Source: a virus (taxonomy: Duplodnaviria; Caudoviricetes). Taken from it: a DNA stretch of 61,932 bases. The position numbers and the translations under genes were made by a program. Location of the stretch: the IMG/VR virus record IMGVR_UViG_3300020578_003649, positions 1-61,932 of that record; one strand, written 5' to 3'. Positions within the stretch are counted from its first letter, which is position 1. Each line of letters begins with the position of its first letter. Below the pieces are notes generated by a model, which saw only the letters and a program-made list of their open reading frames with translations, was not told where the DNA came from and ran no database searches. Shown in pieces: positions 38,961 to 49,478 of this stretch.

Positions 38961-39677
38961 TCAAAGTCCAAATTTATTGTAACATTTTAAACTAGTATCT
39001 ACTAATATTGGAACTTGTGATATTGATTGTATTTCTTTTATACTTCCAGGTTTGACATTCGGATTTCGTTGTAGACCAAATTCATAAAATGATTTTCGAT
39101 CGCCGCCAATATGTGTAATTCCAATTTGATTGCTTACAACTGCATCGGCAATAATTGGTACTAAATTATCAATATATTCTTTTGATGACCATTTATCAAT
39201 GTATGCAGTATCAAATGGAAAATCTTTATCGCAAAATTCCGTACGAATACTTAATGAATTTTCATGACATGAAACAATATATTCTCCTGCTGCTTTAGTT
39301 TTTGAATATTTTGTTAAAGGATTGATTTGATCGTTGATATCATACATACCTTTTTTGCCATCAAAGACGTGCGACGTTGAAATAAATATGAGTCTGATAT
39401 TATAGTTAATACATAATTTTACGATGTTCGTAGTTCCAATAATATTGGTATCTAATGCTAATATTGGATCTTTTTCAACATCTGCAAATTTTGCAATTGC
39501 TGCACAATGAACTATAATATCAGGTATATTATTTTTAATTAAACTATCAAGTTGTTCATAATTTATGATATTAAATTCGGAATGCGATGGCGTTATACAT
39601 GATACATTTCTAGATTGAAATTCTTGAGATAAATTTGAACCTAATAATCCAGATGCGCCTGTTATTAAAATTTTCAT
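38961..39677 (-). CDS. RmlD-like NDP-4-keto-sugar reductase
   Basis: ITGASGLLG, HCAA, ISTSHVFDG, YSKTK. Confidence 0.85.
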   Translation of the reverse strand: MKILITGASGLLGSNLSQEFQSRNVSCITPSHSEFNIINYEQLDSLIKNNIPDIIVHCAAIAKFADVEKDPILALDTNIIGTTNIVKLCINYNIRLIFISTSHVFDGKKGMYDINDQINPLTKYSKTKAAGEYIVSCHENSLSIRTEFCDKDFPFDTAYIDKWSSKEYIDNLVPIIADAVVSNQIGITHIGGDRKSFYEFGLQRNPNVKPGSIKEIQSISQVPILVDTSLKCYNKFGL

Positions 39678-40627
39678 ATAACTTCTTTAAAGATTTCAAT
39701 ATTGTAAAATTCCGGTGTACAAAAATCATAATTAGAAAAATCAATTTTTTCAAAAATTTCTTTAATAGTATCATTAGGTGTATATCTAGGTTGATACCCT
39801 AATAATGATTGAATCTTTTCAGTACTAACTTTATAATTTCTAATATCCGGATTATGTAGTATTTCTAAATCTACATGATAGCCTCGCGCTGTTAATTCAG
39901 ATGCTACAATGTTTCCTAATTCTCCAATTGTATAATTGAATCCAGATAAATTAAAAACACCTGATATTGATAAATCAGATTCTAATGCTAAACGATATCC
40001 TTGTATGACATCTCTAATATCAATTAATGGTCTCCATAAATTTGCGCTATTAACTGTAATTTTCCCTTTAGATAATCCAGACATAATCATGGTATTGACT
40101 ACTAAATCATAACGCATTCTTGGAGAAAAGCCGCCTACGGTACCTTTACGAAACATAATTGGTTTAAAGTTATCATCCTCTAAAATCATTAATCCATTTT
40201 CGCATTGTAATTTTGAAATTCCATATGCGTATGCTGGCTTAACAAAATCAGTTTCAGTTAATGTCTGATTGTCAGTAAAACCATATACACTACATGAACT
40301 AGCACAAATAAATCGTTTGATGCCGGCTTGTTTACAAATATATGCTAAATATGTTGGTATTGAGCAATTTCCATTAAAATTTAAATCTGGACGGAATTGT
40401 GCCATTGGATCATTTGATAATCCTCCTAAAAATATCATTGCATCAAAACCATTTAAATCTTCCACTCGAATTTCAGCTAAATCTTTTTTTATTCTAGTTA
40501 TATTTTCAGATAAATAATCTCCAAACCAAAATAAATCTACAACAGTAATATCATAATCATTAGCTAATTCATTACAAAAACGAGAACCAATATATCCAGC
40601 TCCGCCGGCGACTAATATCTTTTTCAT
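39674..40627 (-). CDS. NAD-dependent sugar epimerase/dehydratase
   Basis: AGGAGYIG, ASSCSVYG, YGISK, RMRYDLVVN. Confidence 0.9.
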   Translation of the reverse strand: MKKILVAGGAGYIGSRFCNELANDYDITVVDLFWFGDYLSENITRIKKDLAEIRVEDLNGFDAMIFLGGLSNDPMAQFRPDLNFNGNCSIPTYLAYICKQAGIKRFICASSCSVYGFTDNQTLTETDFVKPAYAYGISKLQCENGLMILEDDNFKPIMFRKGTVGGFSPRMRYDLVVNTMIMSGLSKGKITVNSANLWRPLIDIRDVIQGYRLALESDLSISGVFNLSGFNYTIGELGNIVASELTARGYHVDLEILHNPDIRNYKVSTEKIQSLLGYQPRYTPNDTIKEIFEKIDFSNYDFCTPEFYNIEIFKEVI

Positions 40628-40629
40628 AT

Positions 40630-41175
40630 TTAAAATTTAGGATTTTGTTTATATTCTGTGAATGATTGTGCATTTTTATCTTTTTCTGATAAAATCATAT
40701 CTAAAATATCAATTGGAAATTCTAAATTTAATTCTGAAGATAATGGATTAATGCAACCATCGGCAAAACTATTATAATATGCTGATGTTTTATATATTAA
40801 ATGAGTATCATCTTGTAAAGATAAAAATCCATGGGCATAATGACCTGGAATCCATATAATATTAAAATTTTTATCAGATAATGGGATCGTAATATATTGA
40901 CCAAATGATGGTGAGTCTTTTCTTATATCTACAATGAAATCGATACCAGAACCTTTAACTACTCGTACTAACTTACCCATAGGTTTATCCCATTGATAAT
41001 GTAATCCTCGAAATACATTTTTTTTAGATAATGAATGATTATCTTGCAAAAATTCAATATTGAGATGATCTTGTAATTGTTGATTAAATGATTCTAAAAA
41101 AAAGCCTCTATCATCATAATATACTGCAGGTGTAAATATAAATACATCGTCGAAATTAGTTTGCGTTATTGTCAT
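40630..41175 (-). CDS. rmlC: dTDP-4-dehydrorhamnose 3,5-epimerase
   Basis: DDRGFFLESF, QDNHS.S, RGLHYQ, VDIRKDSPSFG, AHGF. Confidence 0.92.
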   Translation of the reverse strand: MTITQTNFDDVFIFTPAVYYDDRGFFLESFNQQLQDHLNIEFLQDNHSLSKKNVFRGLHYQWDKPMGKLVRVVKGSGIDFIVDIRKDSPSFGQYITIPLSDKNFNIIWIPGHYAHGFLSLQDDTHLIYKTSAYYNSFADGCINPLSSELNLEFPIDILDMILSEKDKNAQSFTEYKQNPKF

Positions 41176-42032
41176 ATGTTTACTCGTTTTAAAAAGTTAT
41201 CAGTATCTTCATACAATTCACCATTTAATGCAGCTTCATTAAACCAGTTACTAAATTTATCAATATCAATGACACCTGTATGTCTATCATTATGTTTGAA
41301 TATTTGTTGACTTTCTATTCGAAGTTGATAAATTAAATCAATATCAATTTTATCAAAATGAACTAAATATAAATCTGGATATTCATCTGTATTAGCATCT
41401 GGGTGTGTTTGTAATTCAGGATGTGCTTTAACATCCGCATGCGGCCACCTTCCGCATAATGTGCCATGGCGACCAATCATCCAATGTACTGGTTGTTGCA
41501 CTATACATGCTTTACTTTTAGACGGAAAATATCGTAAGTACTTACGCTGTTCATATAATGGTTTTGTATCGTCATATGACAGTTCATCTCCATATTGTAT
41601 TACTTCAATACCACGTGGTCGAATAACTGGTTCTGTAAATGTATTTAAAACTTCTCGTAAATTTGGATGATAAAGAATTTCATCTCTATCTAAAAATATT
41701 ACAACATCTACTCCTGATTCTAGTAATTTATGTTGAACTGCATTAATAATTGGAGCTTCTCTATCATGATACAACCCATAATCATATTCTTGTAAATCAT
41801 CCCACACAACGCATTGATTTGCATCATATATATCATCTATATTACTAACTCGTTTTGCATCGATATTATATCGTTCTTTTAACGAATCAACCATATTAAA
41901 ATTTGAGATATTATTTACTAAAAAAATTAGTTCACTCTCTTTAAATGTTCGAAGCCAATATTTAATTGCAATATCCATTAAATAATTTGGCGGACGTTCG
42001 CAATTTGTAATTAATTTAATTTTTCTTTCCAT
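41172..42032 (-). CDS. GT-A fold glycosyltransferase-like protein
   Basis: IFLDRDEIL, K..I...W..GRH, LVHF. Confidence 0.6.
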   Translation of the reverse strand: MERKIKLITNCERPPNYLMDIAIKYWLRTFKESELIFLVNNISNFNMVDSLKERYNIDAKRVSNIDDIYDANQCVVWDDLQEYDYGLYHDREAPIINAVQHKLLESGVDVVIFLDRDEILYHPNLREVLNTFTEPVIRPRGIEVIQYGDELSYDDTKPLYEQRKYLRYFPSKSKACIVQQPVHWMIGRHGTLCGRWPHADVKAHPELQTHPDANTDEYPDLYLVHFDKIDIDLIYQLRIESQQIFKHNDRHTGVIDIDKFSNWFNEAALNGELYEDTDNFLKRVNI

Positions 42033-42033
42033 A

Positions 42034-42876
42034 TTATTTTATTCCTTTTATCATACCATATTCATCAAATACTGGCATTTTACCCCATTTTTCTAACCAT
42101 TTTTTAGAATTTTCAGATTCTGCTTTTCGCTGTCGTTCTGATGATTGACCGTTATTTTCTTCTAATCTATGACTACCTCTAGCTCCAAAATGCCATACAA
42201 CGGAAGAAGCTGGTAAAATGAATCTTACGCCATGTTGAATCATTCTCAAAAATAAATCCATATCTTCCCAGCTGGCTGGTGCAAATCTTGGATCGTTGCC
42301 GCCTATTTCATCCCAAACTGATTTTTTAATTAAACCAGATACACCTTCCCCTTTTGGAATTTCAATATCCTTGTTTATTCTAATAAAATCCTCTGACCAC
42401 GCATCAAAATAATTAGAATCAAAATTATGAAAATATTCCCCAAACATATTCAATGGAACTATAACTGTTCCGGGTCTACTCGATGAATTATTAAACATAT
42501 TCGGTTCTACTCGATGTGGATTGATCCAAAGTTTTTCATCTGGATATTTTTCCTGAATATCTAAGAGTGATTTATCCCAATTTTTAGTTACATAAAAATC
42601 TGAATGAAGAAATAGAATATATTCTGTTTCAACGTGGTCTGCACAAACATTCATTCCGCCGCCGATTCCTCTAACTTTAATATTTTCAGGTTCAATGAGT
42701 AAAGTTAAATTATACTTATCTTGATTTTCAAATAACCATTCATTAGTTCCATCATTACAATTTTCTGCGTGTATTATAAATGGCGCATCTTTAAAATAAC
42801 TATTTTTTCTAACTGAATCTATAGCTATTTTAAGATATGGAAGATTATTATATGTTGAAATGCAAAACGTAATCAT
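42034..42876 (-). CDS. GT2 glycosyltransferase
   Basis: STYNNL, NDGT, LHSDF, EDMD; paralogous to 29838..30998. Confidence 0.88.
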   Translation of the reverse strand: MITFCISTYNNLPYLKIAIDSVRKNSYFKDAPFIIHAENCNDGTNEWLFENQDKYNLTLLIEPENIKVRGIGGGMNVCADHVETEYILFLHSDFYVTKNWDKSLLDIQEKYPDEKLWINPHRVEPNMFNNSSSRPGTVIVPLNMFGEYFHNFDSNYFDAWSEDFIRINKDIEIPKGEGVSGLIKKSVWDEIGGNDPRFAPASWEDMDLFLRMIQHGVRFILPASSVVWHFGARGSHRLEENNGQSSERQRKAESENSKKWLEKWGKMPVFDEYGMIKGIK

Positions 42877-42877
42877 A

Positions 42878-43522
42878 TTAACTTAATGTTATGAAATTTA
42901 CTAGTCCATCATAAAAATTATTTTGACGTTCTTGTCGTTCAATTGTTTTAGGATGATATAAAGCCCATTCTTCTTCTATAGGCAACATCCCATGATTCTT
43001 AAAACCATCTAATACTTCATGAACTTTATTTATCCATTTAATATCAGGAGTATTTTTATAAATTCGCATTTGCCAATCTGCCCAATTTACCCAACCTTTT
43101 TCATTTACATTCCAACCCCATTGTTTAATATGTTCTTCTGTTAAACCTTCAACAGTATTAACTCTAGGGACGCGGATCATATCTACAATTTGGTTTTCTT
43201 TTAATAATGCTGGCAAGTTTTCTATTAAATTGATATGTGGTATTTCATCTGCATCAATTTGAAAAATCCAATCTCCATAGCATAAACTATTTAGTTTATT
43301 TTTCCAATCTGCAAAATGATTTTGAAATTTTGCTTTATGCCAATGAAATTCATTATTTTGTGAATGTGATCTAAGAAATGCTTCAACTTCTTTATCTCCA
43401 TTTGTTTCATCAAATAAAATTACAATATTATCTTGAGATCGTTTATGTTTAACTAAAAAATTAACTAATCGTTGTATTTCTAAAAATTCATTACATACTG
43501 TAATAGCATAACTTATTGTCAT
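42878..43522 (-). CDS. GT2 glycosyltransferase
   Basis: ISYAITVCNE, WIFQIDADE, D.Q.RIY, VHE. Confidence 0.88.
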   Translation of the reverse strand: MTISYAITVCNEFLEIQRLVNFLVKHKRSQDNIVILFDETNGDKEVEAFLRSHSQNNEFHWHKAKFQNHFADWKNKLNSLCYGDWIFQIDADEIPHINLIENLPALLKENQIVDMIRVPRVNTVEGLTEEHIKQWGWNVNEKGWVNWADWQMRIYKNTPDIKWINKVHEVLDGFKNHGMLPIEEEWALYHPKTIERQERQNNFYDGLVNFITLS

Positions 43523-43523
43523 A

Positions 43524-44783
43524 TTATACTTTCTGAAGTTTTGGTAATTGTATTTTATTTAAAGATGGTAATTTTAAAGTTGCTAATTTAGGTATTGATT
43601 CTATTACTGTATCAATTTCTTTAAATACATCAGAATAAATTTTAGTAATTGCCACTTTATTGAAATTGCTGCGTGCAAAGAATCGTTGACGTTTTGCTAA
43701 TTCAGCCCATTTCTTATAATCTTTCTGCACACCTCGCAAACATTCAACTGCGTATTTATAATCTGGCGTAAACCACTTAGCTTCGCCAATTAACCAATCA
43801 TTTTGTGCACTAGGATGCACATTGGTTAATCCGCCTTTTACTTCACAAATAAAATCTTGTTTCAAGAAATCAGCAGGACCTGAAAAATATGGAGCAATAA
43901 TAGGTTTTGATGTTGTTGAAAATTCTAACAATGGACGTCCAAATCCTTCTGATTTAGTTAATGAATACATGGCTTTGACTTTTGGATGCATATACAATGC
44001 ATTCATTTCTGCATCACTTAATTCACCATGCAATAAATATATTTTTGGCAAACGATCTGTTTTTTTGAAAAGACTTGCAACTTGTTTGATTTTCTTTTCA
44101 ATCTCCATTCTGTCTGTAATTGAATAGGTTGCGCCACTAGTTTTTAATACTAATGCAGGTTGCGACTTTTGATTTTTAAATGCATCATAGAATGAATATA
44201 TTGTCCCGCTGATATTCTTGCGATCTTCACCTAATGCACCTTGTAACCAATGTCCGACTGTTAAGAATGTAAATGATTCTGGAATTTCATTTAATGCATC
44301 TAATGTTGTTTCATATTTACCAGTATATACTGCATCATCAAAGTATTCAGGAACAACATGAATTTTAGTAGTTATTGTTTTGTTCTTTTGTTTAGCTGTA
44401 TTTTCAAATACATATTTTGTAAATTCAGATGGCACTATAACCAATTGCATTTTATTTAAATCATCAATCCAGCTTTCAGGGCATAAATCTCCTTCAGTTC
44501 CCGCCGTAATACCAATATTATATTTGCCTACCGGTTGAAACTCATTTGGAATTGTAACTTGAATCCAAATGTCTGGTTGTTCTGTTAATGGTAATGGAAT
44601 GATTCTAGATTTTAAATCATCTGTCAATGGATATGTAAATGGAGTATGACCCCATGGCAATGAAACTAATCGTACATCCCATTCTTTACCTCGTTGTTCA
44701 ATTAATTGCGAAATGATTTCGCGAGCATGGTGTCCATAACCTGATTGTGTCGCAACTGGCGATGCTATAACTAATTTTCTCAT
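43524..44783 (-). CDS. GT4 glycosyltransferase
   Basis: SGYG, VPSEF, RKNI, EGFGRPLLE. Confidence 0.88.
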   Translation of the reverse strand: MRKLVIASPVATQSGYGHHAREIISQLIEQRGKEWDVRLVSLPWGHTPFTYPLTDDLKSRIIPLPLTEQPDIWIQVTIPNEFQPVGKYNIGITAGTEGDLCPESWIDDLNKMQLVIVPSEFTKYVFENTAKQKNKTITTKIHVVPEYFDDAVYTGKYETTLDALNEIPESFTFLTVGHWLQGALGEDRKNISGTIYSFYDAFKNQKSQPALVLKTSGATYSITDRMEIEKKIKQVASLFKKTDRLPKIYLLHGELSDAEMNALYMHPKVKAMYSLTKSEGFGRPLLEFSTTSKPIIAPYFSGPADFLKQDFICEVKGGLTNVHPSAQNDWLIGEAKWFTPDYKYAVECLRGVQKDYKKWAELAKRQRFFARSNFNKVAITKIYSDVFKEIDTVIESIPKLATLKLPSLNKIQLPKLQKV

Positions 44784-46273
44784 TATTCTACTATTCCTGT
44801 TTTTTCGTATTTTTTATGTTCTACTACATTCAATGTATATGATGGGCGTTGTTCTTTATTAATTTCAAACAAATAGTTAATCATTTCAATCATTTTGTTA
44901 CCCATTTGTTCTGCAGTTAATCCGTTTTGCAATGCCCAATTTCTACCAGCTTCTGCCATTTCACTTCTTCGATATAATGGAATATCATACCAATAACGAA
45001 TTGCTGCAGCAACATCTTCAAAATTCGCTCGGTCGTCAAAGATATATGGCGTTGCTGGAGAGCCTTGAAGTGATCTATTACTTGGAAATACTGGTTTAGC
45101 CCATAGCCCATGTTTTTTATAACGACCCATATGATTGGTTGCAAATTCGCCATCAAATCGAATCCACTCATCATTTTCATCTACAAACCCACATTGATCT
45201 TGCAATCCGCCCGTAACATTATTTACAATAGGGGTACCTGCTAAAATTGCCTCGGTTGAACTAAGTCCCCAACCTTCATTTGAACCAATATTAACAACAA
45301 CATCAGCTACATTGTACAATGCATTAAGATCTTGTGCAGATAATTTTTGTTCTGAGAAAATTATTTTACAATCTGGTGCTAAAACATCTCGTACTGCAAT
45401 TAAGTCCGTGCCATTTTCATCAACTGGTTGGGTATGCATTACTAAACCAACTTTAGAACGAGATTCTTCTGGTAATGAATCTACGAATGTTTTAAATGAT
45501 AAGATAAGATCACCTGGTTGTTTTCTTCTGATATTTCGATTATTCCAAAATACTATGAATTCAATATCATTTTGTTTTTTGAATTGATCATGCATTTTTT
45601 TATATGCATTATCTGATGAATCTAATGGTTTAAAATTATTATGATTAAGACCATGTGGTACATAACCCGTAACTACATCATTCCATTTTAGATTAAGCGG
45701 TGCTATATCAAATTCATCATAATCTACAACACCGAAACCGTTCTGTTTAAGAACTTCTCTGTGAATATTATCAGATTGCTTACTAATTCCCATAATTAAG
45801 TCACAACTACCGTAAAATGGAGCATTCCACATTGGATAAGGTAAATCATCCCATATTGAATAATAAATTAATGGAATTCCATAAGTTGTTTTAATTTCAT
45901 GCTCTAATGCATACAACCATGTCCAATATCTTGGATCAGTAAAATGAAAAATTGCATCTGGTTGTTCTTGATTTAACAATGCAAATAAAACATTGCGATC
46001 TCCATAACCTGACCATGGAATTAATTTTACTGATGCATCTGCAACGCCTGTTTCTTGTGCAATTTGTTGAGATAAATCTAAACCTTTGCCATGTTCTGGG
46101 TGTTGTAGTGCTGCACCTAATTGCACCCAATCATACGTTTTAACTGTATTGTAAATAATTTCTTTGCTAACCGTTCCAATACCTGATGGTAAACGAAAAT
46201 CATCTGCTAATAATAGAATCTTTTTTTTCTTAGGTTTGTTAGGATCGATTTTTTGTAATTTTGGTAATTGCAT
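44783..46273 (-). CDS. GT4 glycosyltransferase
   Basis: VPHG, NRNIRRK, EGWGLSSTEA. Confidence 0.88.
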   Translation of the reverse strand: MQLPKLQKIDPNKPKKKKILLLADDFRLPSGIGTVSKEIIYNTVKTYDWVQLGAALQHPEHGKGLDLSQQIAQETGVADASVKLIPWSGYGDRNVLFALLNQEQPDAIFHFTDPRYWTWLYALEHEIKTTYGIPLIYYSIWDDLPYPMWNAPFYGSCDLIMGISKQSDNIHREVLKQNGFGVVDYDEFDIAPLNLKWNDVVTGYVPHGLNHNNFKPLDSSDNAYKKMHDQFKKQNDIEFIVFWNNRNIRRKQPGDLILSFKTFVDSLPEESRSKVGLVMHTQPVDENGTDLIAVRDVLAPDCKIIFSEQKLSAQDLNALYNVADVVVNIGSNEGWGLSSTEAILAGTPIVNNVTGGLQDQCGFVDENDEWIRFDGEFATNHMGRYKKHGLWAKPVFPSNRSLQGSPATPYIFDDRANFEDVAAAIRYWYDIPLYRRSEMAEAGRNWALQNGLTAEQMGNKMIEMINYLFEINKEQRPSYTLNVVEHKKYEKTGIVE

Positions 46274-46315
46274 TCGTAACTTTTCCTTTTATTATAACTT
46301 TATTATAAATATGTA

Positions 46316-46720
46316 TTAACCTAGTATAACTACCGGTTTTTCTAGTTTTTTAGTGTTTGTATATGCTGTTTTGAGTACTGGATCTAATTGTGATTCGTTA
46401 GTCATGATAATCATATAATCACATCGTTCAGCAATTAATTTCATGCGATGATGAAGCTGACTAAAATGATAAGATTTTCCATAATATGATTCTGGCATTG
46501 CAGAATGTACATTGTAACCTGAAAATGATGGATTATATTCTTCATATTGCATTCCAAATTCTAAAGCAAACTTTCTTACCATGCTATTAGCGCCTTCCGC
46601 TCCGCCAGCGCCTAATACAACAACATCATCACCAAAACGTTGTTTTAGATTGCGAAGTGTTTCTTGAACCTTGCGTTTATTCTGCCAATTTGTATTTCCA
46701 ATTACTGCTACTCGTTTCAT
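46316..46720 (-). CDS. SLOG superfamily protein
   Basis: VAVIG, GAGGAEGANSM..FA, IAERCD, KPV. Confidence 0.7.
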   Translation of the reverse strand: MKRVAVIGNTNWQNKRKVQETLRNLKQRFGDDVVVLGAGGAEGANSMVRKFALEFGMQYEEYNPSFSGYNVHSAMPESYYGKSYHFSQLHHRMKLIAERCDYMIIMTNESQLDPVLKTAYTNTKKLEKPVVILG

Positions 46721-46929
46721 TTCTTTTCATATAAAAATTTAACGCCTTTTGGCATATGACCATAAACAATTCGAAGAGCTTCTTCTAGCAATTTTCTATT
46801 AGTTTTACTATTCGGGCCTTCATCATTGGTACATAATGTATATTGCATAGTAGTAACATGGCAGCCTGGCCACGTTGGATGATTCTTCATCTCAAATTGA
46901 TATACATAAATGTGCTTGTGTTGGAACAT
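46717..46929 (-). CDS. small hypothetical protein
   Basis: ORF track; promoter-like element upstream. Confidence 0.6.
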   Translation of the reverse strand: MFQHKHIYVYQFEMKNHPTWPGCHVTTMQYTLCTNDEGPNSKTNRKLLEEALRIVYGHMPKGVKFLYEKK

Positions 46930-46947
46930 ACTATATTATATAAAAAT

Positions 46948-47904
46948 TTATTCTCGAATCCTATTTTCTTTTGGACAATTTGCATAATCTGTTTTGAATG
47001 GACAATACTTACAATTCTTATCACCTTTACCTGATATTGCAAGATATTTTGCTTCGGCATTCTTGTTACCGTCTTGATCAAAACATTGTTCAACAAATGC
47101 ATCAATTTGACGCTGTACTTTCTTTTGGGTAACTGTACCTGATGATGGTCTAAAGTTTTGAATGCGCTTCTGCGGAAACATTGAATCCTCAATCATTTTG
47201 CGTTTCACAATAAAGAATTCAACATCAATATTTTCTTTAGGTACATTGAATTGTTTGGAAAAATAATTCTTATATGCAACTAATTGAGCGGCCTTTAAGC
47301 TATCTGCTTTTTGATATTTATTCCAACCTTGACGCGACGTCTTGATATCATATAATACAATGCGATTAGTTGGTACATGGCGCATAATAACATCGATGAA
47401 TCCATACCAATATACTGAAGGATTTGAATCTGATGCTTGAACACATAGATCCAATTCAATACCAACCAATTCCCAACCTTTGCTAGAAAAATATGCTGAG
47501 CGACGTTTCTTGAACCATTCTAATATTGCAACACCATCTTCTAAATATTCTGCTAATTGCAATGGATTCGAAAAATGTTCTCCACCCATATCCGTTACAC
47601 ATCGTACATATTCTTCTCGAAGCTTGTTTTGAAGGATGTTACGAAAATCTAAATTCTCAGCTTTCTTAACTGATTCGGTATACATTACTGTTAAGAAATG
47701 TTGAAATGTTTCATGAAATGCCGTTCCAAATGCTGTTTCAATTGATGCTTGAAATGGAGCTAAGCCATCAATATAAGCAAGTTTCCAAGATAATGGACAA
47801 CGCTCATACATGGACCATTGTGAATAAGATATCTTTCTAGGAACTGTTTCAGGATCACGAAGTGATAAACGGTATATTGGTGCAATGTATTGTCCTTGTT
47901 TCAT
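46948..47904 (-). CDS. PD-(D/E)XK nuclease (RecB/Cas4-like exonuclease)
   Basis: SYSQ..YERCP, FGTAFH, GFID, YDIKTS, QL..Y, CKYCPF; start moved to MKQGQ. Confidence 0.88.
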   Translation of the reverse strand: MKQGQYIAPIYRLSLRDPETVPRKISYSQWSMYERCPLSWKLAYIDGLAPFQASIETAFGTAFHETFQHFLTVMYTESVKKAENLDFRNILQNKLREEYVRCVTDMGGEHFSNPLQLAEYLEDGVAILEWFKKRRSAYFSSKGWELVGIELDLCVQASDSNPSVYWYGFIDVIMRHVPTNRIVLYDIKTSRQGWNKYQKADSLKAAQLVAYKNYFSKQFNVPKENIDVEFFIVKRKMIEDSMFPQKRIQNFRPSSGTVTQKKVQRQIDAFVEQCFDQDGNKNAEAKYLAISGKGDKNCKYCPFKTDYANCPKENRIRE

Positions 47905-47937
47905 ACTTATAATATAAGAAAAATAATTCAAGAACAC

Positions 47938-47966
47938 AAAAAAAGCTCGACATTTCTGCCGAGCTT
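47938..47966 (-). terminator. intrinsic terminator
   Basis: AAGCTCGGCA-GAAA-TGTCGAGCTT + T run. Confidence 0.8.
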
Positions 47967-47970
47967 GATA

Positions 47971-48549
47971 TTAATCTATTTGTTCCGTAAATGATAAAAC
48001 CCCATCTAACAATTCATCTTTTTTGTTAGACATTTCTTCATAAAAGGCATCTGTCCAACAACCATCTTCATCTCGATATTCTGGATCTTCAAAAAATTCT
48101 TCATCTGGATGAAAATATTCAATGTCTCGATATTGTTGATTCGAAGCAAATGCTCCAATGAAACAATAACCCTCATCATCAAAGGTTCCTTCAACTTTAG
48201 CTCCTGCATATTGTTCTCGAAGGAAATCGGTTAGTTTAAAAAACAATCCTTCTGGAAAGTCCCATGCACTAACAATGTGCAGATAAACGGTATCATCAGA
48301 TGCATCTATATCGTTTAGATAACACCATTTAGCACCAACGTTGTCAATCCACCATTCCCGCGTGTCTTCTGTGCCATCATATAAACTTTCAAAGAGACAA
48401 TTTGAACAAGCTTCTATGCGACTCATATATGTTGAATTTTCAGGCCATTTTTCTGAATTTGTTTCTAATCCAATCCACTCTAAAAATCTAGAAGTATCTT
48501 CCGGGTTTGGAAATTTAATTTCGAAAGTTGAATAAACGTGATTTGCCAT
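47971..48549 (-). CDS. DUF1281/YubB-like ferredoxin-fold protein
   Basis: MAN...WWIDNVGAKW...SAWDFP...DEG. Confidence 0.6.
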   Translation of the reverse strand: MANHVYSTFEIKFPNPEDTSRFLEWIGLETNSEKWPENSTYMSRIEACSNCLFESLYDGTEDTREWWIDNVGAKWCYLNDIDASDDTVYLHIVSAWDFPEGLFFKLTDFLREQYAGAKVEGTFDDEGYCFIGAFASNQQYRDIEYFHPDEEFFEDPEYRDEDGCWTDAFYEEMSNKKDELLDGVLSFTEQID

Positions 48550-48597
48550 TTTCTTATATTTTTCTATATTATAAAAAATTATTTTTGTGAATCCAAA

Positions 48598-48813
48598 TTA
48601 TTTGACTGAATCTCTATAATAATGTTGTTGCTCGATTAGATATATATCGATTAAATCTTTAGTTTTTTGCAAATCTTGTTCAAATAAACCCTTATGTCGA
48701 CATCTTACAATGCGTTTAATAATATCAAATTCATATGCATTCAACCCCCAATCTTTTGCAAATTTATATAAACTCTCGTTACCTTTGTAGTGTTTTTGTG
48801 TATTTACGCTCAC
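48598..48813 (-). CDS. DUF3310-like protein (T7 gp1.7/SaV-related)
   Basis: HY...IIKRIVRCRHKG..EQDLQK. Confidence 0.55.
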   Translation of the reverse strand: MSVNTQKHYKGNESLYKFAKDWGLNAYEFDIIKRIVRCRHKGLFEQDLQKTKDLIDIYLIEQQHYYRDSVK

Positions 48814-49259
48814 TTGATTCCTTTTAACATTTTCTTTTTCTCAGCATCATTATAACCATACATTGTCAAAATTCGGTCCAATGTAACTTTATCCATTAAA
48901 TCTGCATAATCTGAAGCTTCGGACTTACTAATCTGATAATGTTCTGCAAGTTGCGTAATTAAATCTTTATCAAATTTATCTTCCGATTTGCCTTTTATAT
49001 ATTTTGCAAAGCTTTTGTTTGTAGGCAAAAGTTCATAATACAATCGATATGTTTCTTGTGGTCGTAATAATCCAATTGTATATGTTTGTAATTCATTAAC
49101 TAATTCAGTTAATTCCATTCGCATAGACAACCAACGATTAACAATAAACGGAGAAAACTTCTTTTGATCCGTTTCGGACCATTTTTTCCATTCTCGTTTT
49201 TTATCCGTTACGCCTCCGATAAAATCAAAAATTGTTGCTGCTTTCTTTTCTTCTGCCAT
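48810..49259 (-). CDS. clamp loader small subunit (T4 gp62-like)
   Basis: IFDFI, FSPFIVNRWLS, FAKYIK, Y.IS..EA..Y. Confidence 0.8.
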   Translation of the reverse strand: MAEEKKAATIFDFIGGVTDKKREWKKWSETDQKKFSPFIVNRWLSMRMELTELVNELQTYTIGLLRPQETYRLYYELLPTNKSFAKYIKGKSEDKFDKDLITQLAEHYQISKSEASDYADLMDKVTLDRILTMYGYNDAEKKKMLKGIK

Positions 49260-49262
49260 TTA

Positions 49263-49478
49263 TTATAATTTATATTTTTTACGATATTGTTGTTCTAAAT
49301 ACGGTCCCATTCCCATTTCTAAAATAATTGCAGAATCCGGAATTCCTATGATGCGTTTTGCATCTAAAATATCATCTATAGATTTATTGCGAAATGTTTT
49401 TATCTTAGTTTTTGCATTACTACGATCAGATGTTTTAAAAATAATCGTAATTAAATCTTTATGATATGGAATTGACAT
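49263..49478 (-). CDS. small hypothetical protein
   Basis: ORF track. Confidence 0.65.
   Translation of the reverse strand: MSIPYHKDLITIIFKTSDRSNAKTKIKTFRNKSIDDILDAKRIIGIPDSAIILEMGMGPYLEQQYRKKYKL

Noticed and set aside
29838-46273. Host chromosomal LPS/capsule locus (contamination or prophage flank)
   Set aside because: No wzx/wzy/wzm/wzt export genes; phage-type promoters inside and continuous coupling with phage genes
46948-47904. Cas4 as evidence of a CRISPR system
   Set aside because: Stand-alone PD-(D/E)XK exonuclease typical of phage replication modules; no array or cas1/cas2
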